A DNA stretch of 64,000 nucleotides from Blastocladiella emersonii ATCC 22665 (taxonomy: Eukaryota; Fungi; Blastocladiomycota). The notes below the pieces were generated by a model. That model had not been told where the DNA came from. It saw only the letters and a list, made by a program, of their open reading frames with translations, and did no database searches. Numbering within the stretch: the first letter of the stretch is position 1; every line of letters begins with the position of its first letter. This document shows positions 11,934 to 25,146 of the stretch, in pieces. The translations under genes and the position numbers were made by a program. The stretch is taken from positions 372,001-436,000 of the forward strand of contig JANHCV010000013.1 of assembly GCA_025594325.1 (NCBI GenBank). The letters run 5' to 3'.

Positions 11934-12402
11934 TTTGCTTCGTTAAATCGGTGGAGAGTAAAGCAAATGAGAGATACAGGTCGGAAGTCGAGCTGTGTCG
12001 GACTATTCCGTGTGCAGTGGGTGCGGTGTACACCGTGGCACTTCCAGCGGTAGCAACCAGGCCGCGCTGCGGTGCTGGGCAACGCGGCACCTGCGGTGCA
12101 GTGGACCGCGCATCTCATGGGCACCGCAGGCAAGCTCGCATGCCGTGAACGGGATGAAGGGAGGGAGAAAGACGCGTCGCTCATGCACACGCGCTCACGT
12201 GTGCCGCCGCCTTCGACTGCTTTCGCTGCGCGTCGCTGCGCCGCCGACCTCTCAGTCGCCCCTCGGCTTTGACCTTACGCCGCAGTGGATGTGGACGCTG
12301 CGGCCTGCGAGCATCCACTGGCTCACTGTCGGCACGGCTGCGTCCCCCTCCACTTCCACTTGAAATCTCGCTCACACGCATCCGCATCCTACAGGCCTCG
12401 AA

Positions 12403-15310
12403 ATGTTCAACCTCATCTACGCCGTCGTCACGCTGGCCATCACGCTCAGCGTCGACGCGCTCTTCTCGCGCGGCTACTCGCCGCTCGACGTCCTGACCTC
12501 GGTCCCCTTCTTCGTCTCGTTGTTCCTGCCACACGACCAGTTCATGTACATCCCTTCTTTCTGCGCTCGATCCGCCTCATCTCGCGAATGCGCCGCCTAC
12601 TCTCGATCCGCGACGAAGTCGCCGGCGGCACTGACGTGGCCGTGTCGGTCCCTGCGCACACGTACCGGACGCAGCTGATGCTGCTCCTCCTGTCGCTCGC
12701 CGACATCGTGCTCGTGACGACGTGCGCCGTGCACTACACGGAGCTCGCGTTCGGCGAGACTCCGCTGCGCCTGTTCGACGCGCTGTACATGACCGTGGTG
12801 ACCGTGACCACGGTCAGGTACGGCGACGTGACCGTCAAGAACACGGTGGGCCGCGTCGTGATCATGCTCGCCATCCCGCTGTCGCTCGTCACGATCTCCG
12901 CCATCGCCTCGTCGTTCATTGACCAGACTCGCGTGTACCGCGAGGGCGGCGGGTCGTACTCGGCGTTAGGCGGGGTCTCGCACGTCGTCGTCGTCAGACA
13001 CGTGTCGAGCGCGAGCGTTTTCACGTCCATGCTCCACGCCTTCTTCCGCTCGGAAACCGCAATCCCGCTGCGCGTCGTCGTGCTCATCCGCCACGCGCCG
13101 CTGCCCGAGGTCAGCGCGTTCATGGCGACGCCCGCGTTCCGCGGACGCGTCTACAACCTCGTCGGGTCTGCGCTCGGCCGCGCCAACCTGCACCGCGCGC
13201 GTGTTCGGGACGCCCAGGTCGTTTACTCTCTGTCCGAGTCAAGCCGCGAGACCGACGCGCCCACTCTGCAGACCGAGACCGACGACGAGCGCAACATGGT
13301 CCGTTCGTGGTCGGTGGCGCGGTGCGCGCCGCGCGTCGACCTTTACGTGTACGTACAGCAGCCCGAGTACGAGCGGTACCATGCTGCGCGCGCCAGCGAG
13401 GTCGCGTGCGTGCAGAAACTCCAGCACGCGCTGCTTGCGTCGAACCTCGCGTCGCGCGTCGTCGCCGTGCTCTTCATTTACCTCATCAGTAACGCCACCC
13501 CACTCAAAATCGACTCGCGCCCGTGGATCGTCCAGTACGACGACGGGCTCGGCCAGGAGGTGTACAAGATCGGCGTCCCGGTGCCAGTGGTCGGGTTACG
13601 GTTTCATCACGCCGCCGCGTGCCTGTTCGCCGAGTTCGAGACCACCCCGATCGCGCTCCGCGTGCCCTTGCGCGACGCGCGCGGGAAGGTGCGCGGCGGG
13701 CATGTCGTGCTCAACCCGACCGCCGACGGCGCGCTGTACACTGACAACGAGCTCGTTTGCATCGCGCAGTCGCCGCGCGAGGTCGGCCTCGTCGAGGCCC
13801 TCCACCACGACCAGTTTGACGCGTCCAAGGCGCGGTACCCGGTGCTGTTTGCCGAGACCAAGAGCGAGCACTCGATCGCGCCCATCGGCCTGAGCGCCGA
13901 CACGGTGCTCACTCGTTTGGCTGCCTCGCTCGCGCACGGCGACGCAATCCCGGCACCGAGCCGCACCACCTGTTCGTCATCGAACAACCGCCGTCGCCGT
14001 TCACGATCGACCCCCAACAACTTCCCCGACTGCCACCTCGACCCGCGCCCGCCGCGGCGCGTCGAGGAGGTCACCATCGCCTCGTTCGCCGACGCCGATC
14101 CGCGCGGCGCCAGGCACATCGTCGTGCTCGCGTCTAACGCACACCGGTTCCGGTTCCTGTGCACGCGACGGGCCGCGCACCTTGGCGCGGCGGACCTGCA
14201 GTGGGTCGTCGTCGTGATCCCCTCTCTCCCGCACAACGACGACTTCCGGTTCCTCGCGCCGTTCCCGCGCGTCCTGTACATGCAGGGCAACGCGCGGCGC
14301 CGCCGCGACCTGCTCTGCGCCAACCTCCCCGCGGCCGCACGCGTCGTGGTTCTCGCGCACCGGGCGAGCGACAATCCCGTGCTCGTTGACCTCCAGGCGA
14401 TCCTCGTCCGGCACCTAGCGGTCGCGACGGCGGCCCAGTTCGCGGTGCCTGGCCGACCGGCGCCGTATACGGTTGTGGAGCTCAGCGAGTCGGCGAGTAC
14501 CAACGTGCTGGCGCCGGTCAACGACCTGGTCCAACAGCAAGCCGTGGCGCGGTCCCCGCGCATCAAGCTCCGCACGCGGGACTCGCGCGAGACGCTCGTC
14601 AACGAGATCGCCGCGGGCCAGTCGCTCGGTGCGGTCGATGGCGAGCGCCCGCCGCTCCCCGCGTCGCTTGCGGAAGCAGTACACCACCGCCGCCGCCTCG
14701 GCCGCTCTCTCGCTCGCCGAGAAGCTCGAGCTCAAGCTCGCGGCCCGCAGCTCGCCCTCTCCGCCCTCCGAAAACGACGAAATCGACCGCGTCCGAGACG
14801 GCGGCCGCGCGTCGCCCGCGCGCGAGTTCGGCGCCGAGATCGGCTCCCCGGATCCTGGCGCCGCGCCTGCGCGGCTTCTCCGACCCGCACTTTGCGTCGG
14901 GCGAGGCCTTCTGCGGCGACCTACGCAAAACGGTGCTCGCGCAGCACCTCGTCAACCCAACGGTCCTCGACCTCGCGCGCCTGTTCGCGAGCGTCCGCAA
15001 CCGCGCCGACCGCGTTGTCGCCCACGCGGTCGGCGTTTGGCCGGCGTTCCTGTCCACGGTCCCACTGCCCGCGGGCGGAACCGCGACCTGTTCAGGGACC
15101 GGGTGCAGGTGTCGATCAGTTTGTCCCGCGCGCCGAGTGCTGGTTTGGGCAACGTGCACGTTCGTGTACACGGCGCCGTGCATCAACGTGGTCCTGCGCG
15201 ACTCTGACCTCATGTGCGTCGAGGTGCAGGCGGGAGGTGGCGAGGGCGCGGGCGGCGTGACGGAGGGTGCGCGTGCGGATGCGGAGTGCAGGGACGGTGA
15301 GGGAATATAG
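12403..15310 (+). pseudogene. Slo/BK-type (Ca2+/Na+-activated) K+ channel, frameshifted
   Basis: TM segments, pore ALYMTVVTVTTVRYGDVT, RCK1 (HVVV...GSAL...L.RARV.DA; DERN), RCK2 (RHIVV; VVEL; QHLVNP; FVYTAP...DL). Frame changes near 12553, 14700, 14930 and 15090. Filter TVGYGD is changed to TVRYGD. Confidence 0.8.
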
Positions 15311-16206
15311 ACGCGCGATATATACGAGCGAGGGGAGGGTGTTTTGATTGTACACGAGGGTCTATTATCATTGTTTTAAGCGCTTAAGCAGTACAGCAGC
15401 GCAGAAACGCTTGAACGAAAGGTGGCGCACCCACACCGCGGCCTTGTTGAATGAACATTGATGAGCCGACGGACCTGGCTCCAACTCCAAGCCGGACGCC
15501 GTTCGGAGTGAGAGTGAGAGTGAGCGGCGGAAGCCTAGCCGGCGGCGGCGACGCGCCAACGCGCCGACGCGCCGACGCGATCTCGGCTAGCGCGGTGAGG
15601 TCCGGGCTGGCGAGTGTCGTCGCTCCGGGCATCGGGCCGACGCGCTTCCAGTCGAGCATCGCGGCCCGGTTCTCGACAGTCGACGAGCGCCAGCCTCGTC
15701 CGCAGCTCGCACGCGTACCAGTCGCGAGAGGACGTGTTCGTGTCTTTGGCGGATAGCCGCGACGTGGTGGCCATTGCTATTCATGCCAGGCTCGGTTGGT
15801 CAGCCGGGAGGAGCGAGTCAGGAGTCGGTTAGCCGAGGCTCACGGCGGCGTGGCGGCGGGCGATGACGGGCGGCAGCCGCTTTGCGGAGTGCGGGTAGTC
15901 CGAACCAGTTGGCCGCTGTGAGAGGGGAAGACCAAGAAGGTGCGGCCGAGGCGCCATACCGACCTCGTCGACGATCGCGCACAGGAGTGCTACACGCGAG
16001 CACGAGGAGGTGATCGGCGAGAGTCAAGCCACGTCACGCGGACATGACCGTCGCGTGCGGATCAACCCAAACTCACGTCGGTCCATTTACGCAACCCTCT
16101 CCGAAGTCGCAGAGTTTTTACAAACAGAAGACGAGTTAGATTGAAATGCAATAGGCAATAAGGGCCGAGCACGCTCGCAACAACCCAGCGCACACGCATC
16201 CAGCGC

Positions 16207-17543
16207 TCACGCAGCGCCCAACAGCGTCTCGCCGTCGCCGCCGCGCGTCGTCGTTCGCGGGAATCGCTGGCGCGCGATCTTGACGAGCTCGTTGTACGAG
16301 TTGCTGTGCGCGAGAATTTCTGCGGTCGCGAATGTATCCTTGTCGAAACCGGAAGCCTCGTGCAGCGTCGCGGTGCTCGCGTTGAGAGAGGCAGGAAGCA
16401 TCGGACCGTTCTCAAACATCGGTACCTGGCGAATCACGCGTGAAGGAGGCCGAGTCGGAAGCTCGATTAGAGCCAGCGTGGTCGGTTGAAGGAGGTCGAG
16501 CGCCGCAGTATCGTCACACACGTCAAGCTGCGCGTCCGAGCCTGGCGAGGTCGGCACGTAAGCAATTTTGTACATGGAAGAGAGCGCGATGCTATGGACA
16601 GCACCCCAGCCGAGGAAAGCAAGTGCAAGGACGCATAGGAGCATAAACAGCGAGATACCGAGTTCCCAGACTTCCACGGCAATTACCGTCTGCGAAAACA
16701 ATTGAGGACCCCTTTCGAGGTCAAAAGTCTTGATCCGGTTCCCGGTAAGCAAAACCACCCACCAGTCCTTGCCTTATTTTCCGAAAAAGTTGCCCAACCG
16801 TCGCCGTGGATCGGCTCCGAGTCTAAACTGAATTCATGGCGGATTCCCGAAAGCCAGGTGACCCAAGTAGCTGGCTGAGACTTGGACTCGACCGTCTTGT
16901 TTGACATGCAACGAAAAGCCAAGGGCCATGGCTGAGGAGAAGCTTGAACCGCGCCAATGTGGTCTAAGTAACCGCTAACGTCTTCAAGTTCGGTAATGGT
17001 CCCCGCAAAGTATTTGGGGTCCACGTTGGCAGCTGCGAAAACATGGATGCGAGTGCTGCACACCTCAGCGCCGCTTCTGTACCTGAGCAATACTGCTGAG
17101 TTGCCTGTGGTCAGCGAGGAAGACACGTTTTTTGAGTCCTTGAATGGGGGTTCCGTCATGCCCAAAGCTTTGACAGTACACTGTTGGGGAAAGGTACCAG
17201 CTTTCGTACTCAGTATGTTGCCTCGCTGCGGTGGACAGCTAGGCGTGTTTGGCGACCGCGGACCCGATGGCGCTTGGGCAGTTGTCTGAGGTTGGAAATC
17301 TACGGCGGGACCGTTGGTTGAAATAAATCCAGTCGTTCACTGACGCTCCGTGCACGAGGTTTCGAGTTTGTTGGTGAGAACAAGCGAAGCGCCAAAGACG
17401 GACTTTTTTTCTTGCTCGGGAAGCGGAAAGTAGAGGTTGTGAGCTGGAAGCACGCTCGTGCGCTGAATCCCCGACTCTTCGGCAGTTTCCGTGTCAGCGT
17501 GTACCAGACAGAACTCGATCAGCCCGAGGTAGATGAGCGGCAT
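16207..17543 (-). pseudogene. Putative signal-peptide, single-pass membrane protein, disrupted
   Basis: Three collinear ORFs (17337-17543 MPLIYLGLIEFCLVHA; 16683-17165; 16207-16758 with TM LGISLFMLLCVLALAFLGWG) joined by an in-frame stop at about 17337 and a frame change near 16720. Lower GC than the flanks. Unrecognised introns cannot be excluded. Confidence 0.45.
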
Positions 17544-17933
17544 GAGTTCGGAGCAAAGCTTGAGCTTGATGAGAGGTGTTTCGTCAAGTTAAGTTACAGA
17601 GCAGTAATATATGGGCTGGGGAAGAGCGTGGGCCGAGCAACCTCGTCTGCGTCGAAACCTTAACTTCAACCCCATTCACCGTGCTCGTTGTTGGCCACCG
17701 CACGGCCCTGTCAGCGAGCTGCGGTGCACGAAACTAAGGAGGCCGACACCGCATACTAAGTTCCGCAAACACCGCACCTTACCTCTGCCGTCCTCGTGCA
17801 TCCCACCGCGCTTCTAGGCCCTTCCACGAGTCAGGCTCGAGCTCGCGCTCAAGTGTTCCTCGATCTCAGACCGCGACTCTGCTCTCCGCCTGCAGGCATT
17901 CGTGTCTAATCGACGAAAATGCACCGAGCACGC

Positions 17934-19323
17934 ATGAAACGCAACATTCTTTACTTCGGACTCTCGGCCTTGCTCCTGCTCGGACTCTTCTGCTTCGAGG
18001 CAGCATCAGGCGATGTAGTCCCCATCCCGATTGCTGCTGCCCTTCCGCCGCCGGTTCGTTACACTACGCGGTGATCTGCAGTGCTCGCCAAGTGCTAACC
18101 GCCCTTTTTCTGTAAATCCTATCGTATTCAGGCCCGCCAGCGCTGCGTCGCTCTCAAACGTGTCCCGCATTTTGGTCCAGGTACAGAAAAACTGCGTGGC
18201 AATGTGGTGCCTGGGCTTCTCCTTGCGCAGGCGGGTGCTAACGAGTGAGATCCTGCATCTAGCCTTCAGGGGCGCCTTGCTCCCGACCGATCTCACGCTT
18301 TTCGTCGCAGAGTGGTTCGGCGGCAAGTATAACGCGACCAAGCACAAGGAGCACTCGAGAGAGCTCGAAACGGACCAGGACCTATACGCTCTCTTCACGC
18401 GTGAGTCGCTCTTCATGTCCGAGTTCGAGTATTATTCGACCAAGCGCTATGGATGCCCGCTCCCGACTCAGCGGCACTTTGAATACTCGCTCGTGACCGA
18501 CATTCTCGACTTTTACCTTACGAAGAACCACTCGTGCGCAACTGCTGTTTCTCCCGACCGGCGCTCCCCACGACTCGGCGGTTTCCATCGCGGCGGCCTT
18601 TGCGCTCGCCTGCTTGTCGAGCGCGCCGACTCGATTGAATTCGACCTCCTCCGAGACACCAAGTCCACTTGCCCGTCCAACAACACGCTTACTGCCCTAG
18701 ATTACGTCAACTTGCTGCGCGAACTTGCAACCAACGACGCAAACAATACCTTTTGCCCGCGACCCAGCGACTTCAACCCGCTCGAGCTCAAGTGCGGGTT
18801 TGCCACGAAAGCTGGGGCTTGCCTTCAAGGCATCCTTCCGTTGTCGGGCGAAAACAACGTTTCGAACTCCAATGTGTCGGAGTGCACACCAGCCGTTCCC
18901 GATCTGAAGGTGCCTCCACAGTGGAATTGTTCGACTATCCTTCGAGATCATATTGACGCTCGCGAACCTTGGCCGTCTTCGACTAAGAGATGGTCAACTC
19001 TGACTGTCATTTTCGTTGCATTAATTTGCTTGGCCCTCGTGGCTGGCGTGGGCTTCCAGGCCGCCAAGCGATTTCGCCGCAGCAAGGAGACTCCGCTGGA
19101 ACAAGAAGAAGTCCAAGTCCACTTTGAGCACTCTGCGCCTCTCGTCGATGAACCCGGTGCACCGCTTCTTGCCGTGCAACTACCTCCGCTTCCATCGGGG
19201 CTACCTCCCATGCCGCTCGCTCCTCGCCCCGCTTCGCAGCGCAGCAGTTCTCGCGGCTCCGAGGCGTACGAGTACGTGATCCGGCCCGACGGAACCTTGA
19301 CCACCGTCACGCTCAACCGCTGA
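17934..19323 (+). CDS. Putative type I membrane protein (signal peptide, Cys-containing ectodomain, TM, Pro-rich tail)
   Basis: ATG 17934 gives MKRNILYFGLSALLLLGLFCFEAA. A predicted short intron ending ...GCTAAC...TTCAG (about 18070-18130) joins the 430-aa ORF, which has TM LTVIFVALICLALVAGVGF followed by KRFRR. Confidence 0.6.
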
Positions 19324-20839
19324 GGTTATACTTGAAGTTGATTTTGCATATTTCCGCGCTGAATACACTTACGATGTGCGTCCAAATTTCGGCAAACGGC
19401 TCGTTGGCGCTGGTGCGTGCCTGCTAGCAGTAACGTCACTGCACCCTCACTTGCCGTATGCAAGAGCATTGAGTGTCTCCGGTCTCGACGATGAATTAAA
19501 GCGGACGACTTGAACTGAGCGAGTCGGTGCGGGAGAGACGCGTGGCTCATGTGCACGTGATCGCAGCTGTTCTGCGCCCGGGCGCGAGCACGACCTCCTG
19601 CGAGTTTCGAGCGCCGTGTGCTCTCTGACTCCCCGGAGCGCCTGCACTGCAAATGAAACTCTATGTAACTTGCTGCAACGTAACCTATGCGAAGCTGAAC
19701 CTCCGTTCTCTTGCTTTTATTGGCCGCCGCCGGATTCGTAAGGTTGCTTCGAGGGCCTTGTCGGCGCGGCGAGCCATGTTTCATTTGCACGGCGACGCGA
19801 TGTGACCCCGACGGCAGCTTTACACCCCGCACACCACGTCAAGGAGATCGCCCTATACTCGCTTGTTGACGGCTTCGCACGAAACATTGGCCCGTCATCA
19901 TGATCGCACACGACACGCGGCTGACCTGCTTCCAGCGCACGCTGGCCCACTTCTCCGCGTCCGGACTCTATTGGGTCCTCGCGGTCGGCCTGACGCTTAC
20001 ACACCTCGATGACCTTTGGCTCTCTCCACGGCGTTCCAACGCGTGACCGTCGCCATCCCCGCGCATGCCCGCCGTTGACCTGCGCTTGCATGGAGCAATC
20101 GTGCCGGCGAGCTTGCACCCCCAAAGACCTCCATTTCTCGCGCCGCTCCTTTGCGTGCTGGACACGGAGGTCTTTGCTAGACCGCCGCGACGCCAATCCG
20201 CCCTGTTCCGCGGCAACCGCCCGCGGCGTCACGCATCGTGATTCTCGCGCACCAGCGGCGACCCGGCGTTGCCGTTCGGTTCGGATTCGTTGCGAACAAC
20301 ACGATGGCCGTGTACGCGACGTCAGCCGCACAGCGCCCGCGCGCGAGTTTGGCGCCAAGATTGGGTCCGCGGCTCAGCACTCGCGCCCGCACGGCTTCTA
20401 CAACCTGCACTTTGTGTCGGTTTAACAACTCGCGACCTTGGGCAGCTGCTCCGCATCGACCAGACGCTGCGCGTGCGGTCCTTGTTCAAGTCAATGGTCG
20501 AGCTGAGCTGCCTCAGGGCTATGCGGGGCGAAAACACGCCACGGGCGGGCTGGATCGTGAACCATGTCACGCACAAGTATGGCGCGCGCTAGGGTCTGTT
20601 GACACGGCGTCGCGCCTGGGACTCGCGATTCTTCTCACGACATTACTTGGAGACAGTACGTCCCGGACGCCCGCGATGCGTTGCGATGAGGCGCGCGCGC
20701 GCGAGCGCGCGGCCCGGACACCACGGGCACGTTCGCCGACGCGTTGCACACCGCCGCCCTCGGGGCTCCGCGCCACACCTCGTGTTCGCGTCTCGCAGCG
20801 CATACTGTGGAACACAATGAGCAACACATGGATTCTATA

Positions 20840-23728
20840 TCACAAGGTGCGCGCGCCTTGCGCATCCCCCTCACCTTGCCCAACCCCGGCCGCGCCCGCG
20901 AATCTCGTGGCGCCACTCGATCCCGCCACGGCCGCGCCATACTCGCCGCGCGCAAGCGACCCGGGGCGGTTCACACTTGTCGATACCGCTTCGAGGGGTG
21001 CGCCGCCGAGTGAGCTCGATCGGACCGCGGGATGCGGCGCTGGTGCGGGCGCCGGCGGTGCGAGGTACGGGTGGAACCGCGCGGCGGTGGCCGAGGACTC
21101 GCGGTCGCGGCCGCGGTCGCGGCGGCTTGATGAGGCTGCGGACCGAGGTGACGAGAGCGAGGACGTTGGCGAGGTCGGCGCGGTTGCCGCCGCAGCGGTT
21201 CGGCGGGCGGGAGCGTGAACGGGAACAGGCGGAAACGGGAACGGGAACGCGTCGAGTGGGGCTGGTGGCGGCGGCGGCGGCGGTGCCGTGGCGCCGAGCG
21301 GGGCCGCGAGGGAGAGCCACGCGTGAATGGCACCGCCGTCGTTTTGGCTCGGGTCGGCGATGAGACGCGGTGCCGGTGCGGCGGCGGCGGCGGCGGCGGC
21401 GGAGGCAGCGATCGAGGCTGCGTGGACGTTGGCGGGCGCGCTTGGTGGCAACCATGCGGTGAGAGCGGGGCTGAAGGCGCCGTGCGGGAGCGGCGGGAGC
21501 GCAGCGATGTGCAGTGCGTCGAGTCCGCCAGCGAGACTGGTCCCCACACCGTCCGCGGCGGCGGGGTACTACTGCTGTTGCGCGTACGCGCCGAGCGCGA
21601 GCGTGTCGGGCGGGAAGCCGACAAAGTTTGCGTCCAGCGGCGCCGAGTGCGAGCTAGATTGAGCGTGCGAGCGAGGCGGGGCGAGGTCAGCAAGGGAGCG
21701 CACTTGGGACTCGCGGACGCAGCGGCCGGTCCGCCGATCGCAGCGTGCCGCCGCTGGCTCGGCCGCGCGAGATCGGGGTGGCGGTGGAGCGAAGCGGGGC
21801 GGCGGCGGGGCGAACTGGAGTCAGCGCGCGCCCGACTGTGCGCGCCGTGGCTTGCGCGGCCGCGAATACGCTTCCACGCGCTCCGGGTCGCGAACGCGGG
21901 ACCCGCACGCACACGAGTGGCGATGTATCCACCCGACCACGACACACGCGCGGGGAGAAACCGAAGCTACACATACCTCGCGTGCGGATGGAGCGCGGTG
22001 GGCGCCGAACCCGCCGTCGCTCCCGCCGTCGCCACGAACCCGTCCACCGCGGCCGCGTGCGGTACGTGCGGTCCGCCGGTGCGCGCGAGCGTCGCCGACT
22101 CGGCGCGTCGTGGCTGCGGCTGCATGCGCGAGAGCTGCGCAAACGCCGCCAAGATCTCAGCAGCGCCGCGGGCGCGCCCGCTCGGCTCGTGCCACCCACC
22201 AACCGCGCCGTAGTCCGCAGCGGCGGCGTCGGGTGCGGGGTGGGACGGGTACGCGTGATCTGCGAGCGCCGACGCCGGGTCGGACGGGTACTGCGGCGCT
22301 GGGACCACGTACGCCGCGTCCCACAACGACGGCGGCGGCGCCATTGGTAGCCCCACGACCGGACCTGGATCCGGCGCGGGAGCAGCGGGTTCGCTCGGGT
22401 AGTGTGGTGGAGCGCGGCCGCCGCCCGCCGTCGCCATGTACGCGGCGCCGTATTGGTGGTGGTGAGGACGGTGGTGCAGGAGCGGCGCCGCTGCGCCGGC
22501 CAGATGCCCGGGATCGCCCTCGTTGCCGCGGTACGCGATCGGGCCGTACACGTTGTCGGACGCGTGCAGTTGCAGCGGGAGATTGCCGTAGCCGGGCGGC
22601 GGAGGCGGCGGCGGCCACGCGAGCGCCGCCGGCGCGTATGCCGTTGCCGCGCTGGGGATCAGCAGCGTGCTGCTGCCGTTGTCGTTGAACGCGGGCGCAA
22701 ACCCGTGGGCCGCAGTTGACGGCGGCGCGGGCGCCGCGTGGATATCGGCGAGGTCAAACTCGTGCGCGGCCGCGAGCAGCGCGGTCCAGTGGCCGGCGGC
22801 GCCAAAGGCGCCCGATTGCGCGGCCATGGTCATCATGATGTCCACGTCGGGGTCGTTGCGCTGCGAAAGCAGCCGCCACACGCACGACTCCTTGAGCTCG
22901 AGGTGCTTGGCGAAGTGGTCGCTGGAGGGGTTGCGTTCGTGGCTTCGTGAGTTTTCGGTGGATCAGGGACAGTAGAAGAACGGAGCAGCGCGAGCGCGGG
23001 CGGCCGCGGTGCGTGAGATACGCGTCGCGCGGTGCTGTACTGTACTGTTCTTGCACGCGTGAGGGCCGGAACAGTGACAACGACAACGCGCGGGAGACTC
23101 GCGGCAACGCGCCCGGCTCAGTTTTGCGTGGCATGGAAGAGGTGAAGTCCACGAAAGCGAGTGGGAACAACGCACCGTCGGTTCGTACGCATGGTGCACG
23201 GCGCGGGACAGACGAACGGCAGCGCGTCGGGCGCGTGCTTTGTCTGGAAGTGCCGCGCGACGTCGTTGGCCCGCCTGCGCTTGCTACACACGCGCACTAT
23301 GTCGTGAGGGACGATCACGGCGCGCAACAGTGCTGCCGTCCACGTACAAACGCTGGCGGCATCCCGGAAACGGACACTCCATGGGCCGCTCGCCGTCAGC
23401 GCGCGACTCGACGAGCAGGCTGCCGTCGGTTGTCACGTCAAACACCAGGTCCGGGTACGACTCGTGCAGCGCGACGAGGGCGGCGCGGACTGGCGGTCAT
23501 GGTCGGTCGATCCCCGTGCGTGCAGCACGAGCGAGTTGGACGAGTTGGGTGTAGCCGAACAGGGAGCGCGGACGCGACCATGAGCGAGAGGACGTAGAGC
23601 AAGCGAGCAGACCGTCATCAGTCCTGCGCTCAACACAGCGCCCGCGACGAGCAAGGAAACGCACCGCGGCTGAGGCGCTGGGCGCCCTCGGCAGGGAGTC
23701 CCGTGTTGAGCGGGGTCCGGCGCGGCAT
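20840..23728 (-). CDS. C2H2 zinc-finger protein A (multi-exon, long Pro/Ala-rich C-terminus)
   Basis: Spliced model ...VRAALVALHESYPDLVFDVTTDGSLLVE...CPFPGCRQR|F..RANDVARHFQTKHAPDALPFVCPAPC..TNRR|SDHFAKHL, continuing into ORFs 21967-22881 and 20840-21547. Introns have GTGCGT/GTACGT donors. Boundaries partly inferred. Confidence 0.55.
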
Positions 23729-24840
23729 CGCGTGCTGCTCATGGCGATGGCGCGGCGGAGTGGGTCGAGTCGGTCGGCCGCTCGCCGTGGCTGTCGCCGT
23801 CTCTGTGGCTGCGATGGATAGGAGAAGAGGGTCGGTGGCCGCGCCGACGGCGGTGCGATCGCGGCAGGTGGGAGTGCTGCAGACGGCCGGATCGACGAGC
23901 GAGCCGATCGAGGGAGAGCGGACGTCGCGCACGACGAGTCGGGAGAGGGAGAGCGAAGGCGACACGATGTAGTTGCTCCGATCCGCGGTAGCGAGGCGGA
24001 CAGGCGAAACAGTAGATCCGGCCTCTAAGTTGTGCAAGAATGAGCGGGAGAGAAATCCGAAAGCGGGGTTGCGAGAGAAGCAGCGGAGAGCGGCGAGCGA
24101 GCGAGCGGGAGGCGTCGAGGGCTGAGGCGGGGGCGGGCAAGCAAAAGCAGGGCGACCCGAAACCAGGGAACAACCCCTGCCGAATCCGAAACCGAACGCG
24201 GCCGCGCAGCGAATCCCAAGCATCCCGATCGGGGTTTGTCGCCACTCGTTTGCTACTCGGCACCGAGATGCTCGTCGTCACGTTGAGCCAGGATTTATAA
24301 CAGATGTTGGTGGTCCACACCCGCGCCATGAGTGGTGTGACGCGCGCGCCTCAACACACACCGAGTGATGGCTGGCTGGCGGGAGCCGCGAGCAGGAGAC
24401 GTGGCAGGCGGAGAGCGCGTCGACGCGCTCGGCCACACCCAGCAGAGCCGGAGTACGCACGCGCTTTACTGGCGGGGCGCGACGAAGGGATTTGGTTGGG
24501 AGCGGGTGGATGGGCGTGACAGGTCGTGGATCCGGCCCCTGCACCGCATTTGCGGTCCCTGGGCGCGGCTGCTCCATATAAATTCCTGCGTAGGTTTGAC
24601 CGCAGCCTGTGCTTTCTCTCTCTTGATGGACGCAATTTTTTCTCTCGCGCCCTCGGATTTGATCCGGGGCCTGATGCAGCTCACTCGGCGCGCCCATGCC
24701 CATTTTGCAGTGAGCCAGGACCGCAAGCACGGGATCAACTGTAACGGATTCACCGGTGGCGGCGGCCGTGACGGTCACGGCCATGGCCCCTGCTTTACAC
24801 GTGTCATGGACGCGTGGCTCACACGCCATACAGTCGTTTC

Positions 24841-25146
24841 CACTGGACACGTTGCGCAATTCGGGCCTCCCCCGAATCCTGAAAGGCTGGCGCGTCCACG
24901 CGACCTGCGCTGCCGCCAGCTTGCGTGCGCCGCCGCGACCTGCCACGCCTCTCGCCGCTCGCGGAACGCGGCCGACGCGCGGAAGCGAGGGCCGAAAGTT
25001 CGGCCCTCGCTTTGCGGGGAGTCGCGAGTTCGGCGCTCGTCGAGAGGCGTGGCAGGTCGCTTGCGTTGCGGTTCGGCGCAGGTCGCGTGGACGCGCCAGC
25101 CTTTCAGGATTCGGGGGGAGACCCGAATTGCGCAACGTGTCCAGTG
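24841..25146. mobile_element. 306-bp palindromic (foldback) MITE with CACTG...CAGTG ends
   Basis: About 69-bp terminal inverted repeats (CACTGGACACGTTGCGCAATTCGGG...; one substitution and one indel). Further internal inverted pair GCGACCTGCCACGCCTCTCG and central hairpin AAGCGAGGGCCGAA-AG-TTCGGCCCTCGCTT at about 24983-25012. No clean TSD. Confidence 0.85.

Noticed and set aside
6753-11946. Long antisense or alternate-frame ORFs (e.g. 6753-7736, 9438-10295, 9754-10812, 10969-11946) and many Arg/Ala/Pro-rich ORFs elsewhere
   Set aside because: They are shadows of high-GC3 genes or stop-poor GC-rich non-coding DNA, with no recognisable domains.
19330-20830. Short exon-like pieces (e.g. LGQLLRIDQTLRVRSLFKSM; ILWNTMSNTWILYHK)
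   Set aside because: They look like gene debris but are too fragmentary to assign or delimit.
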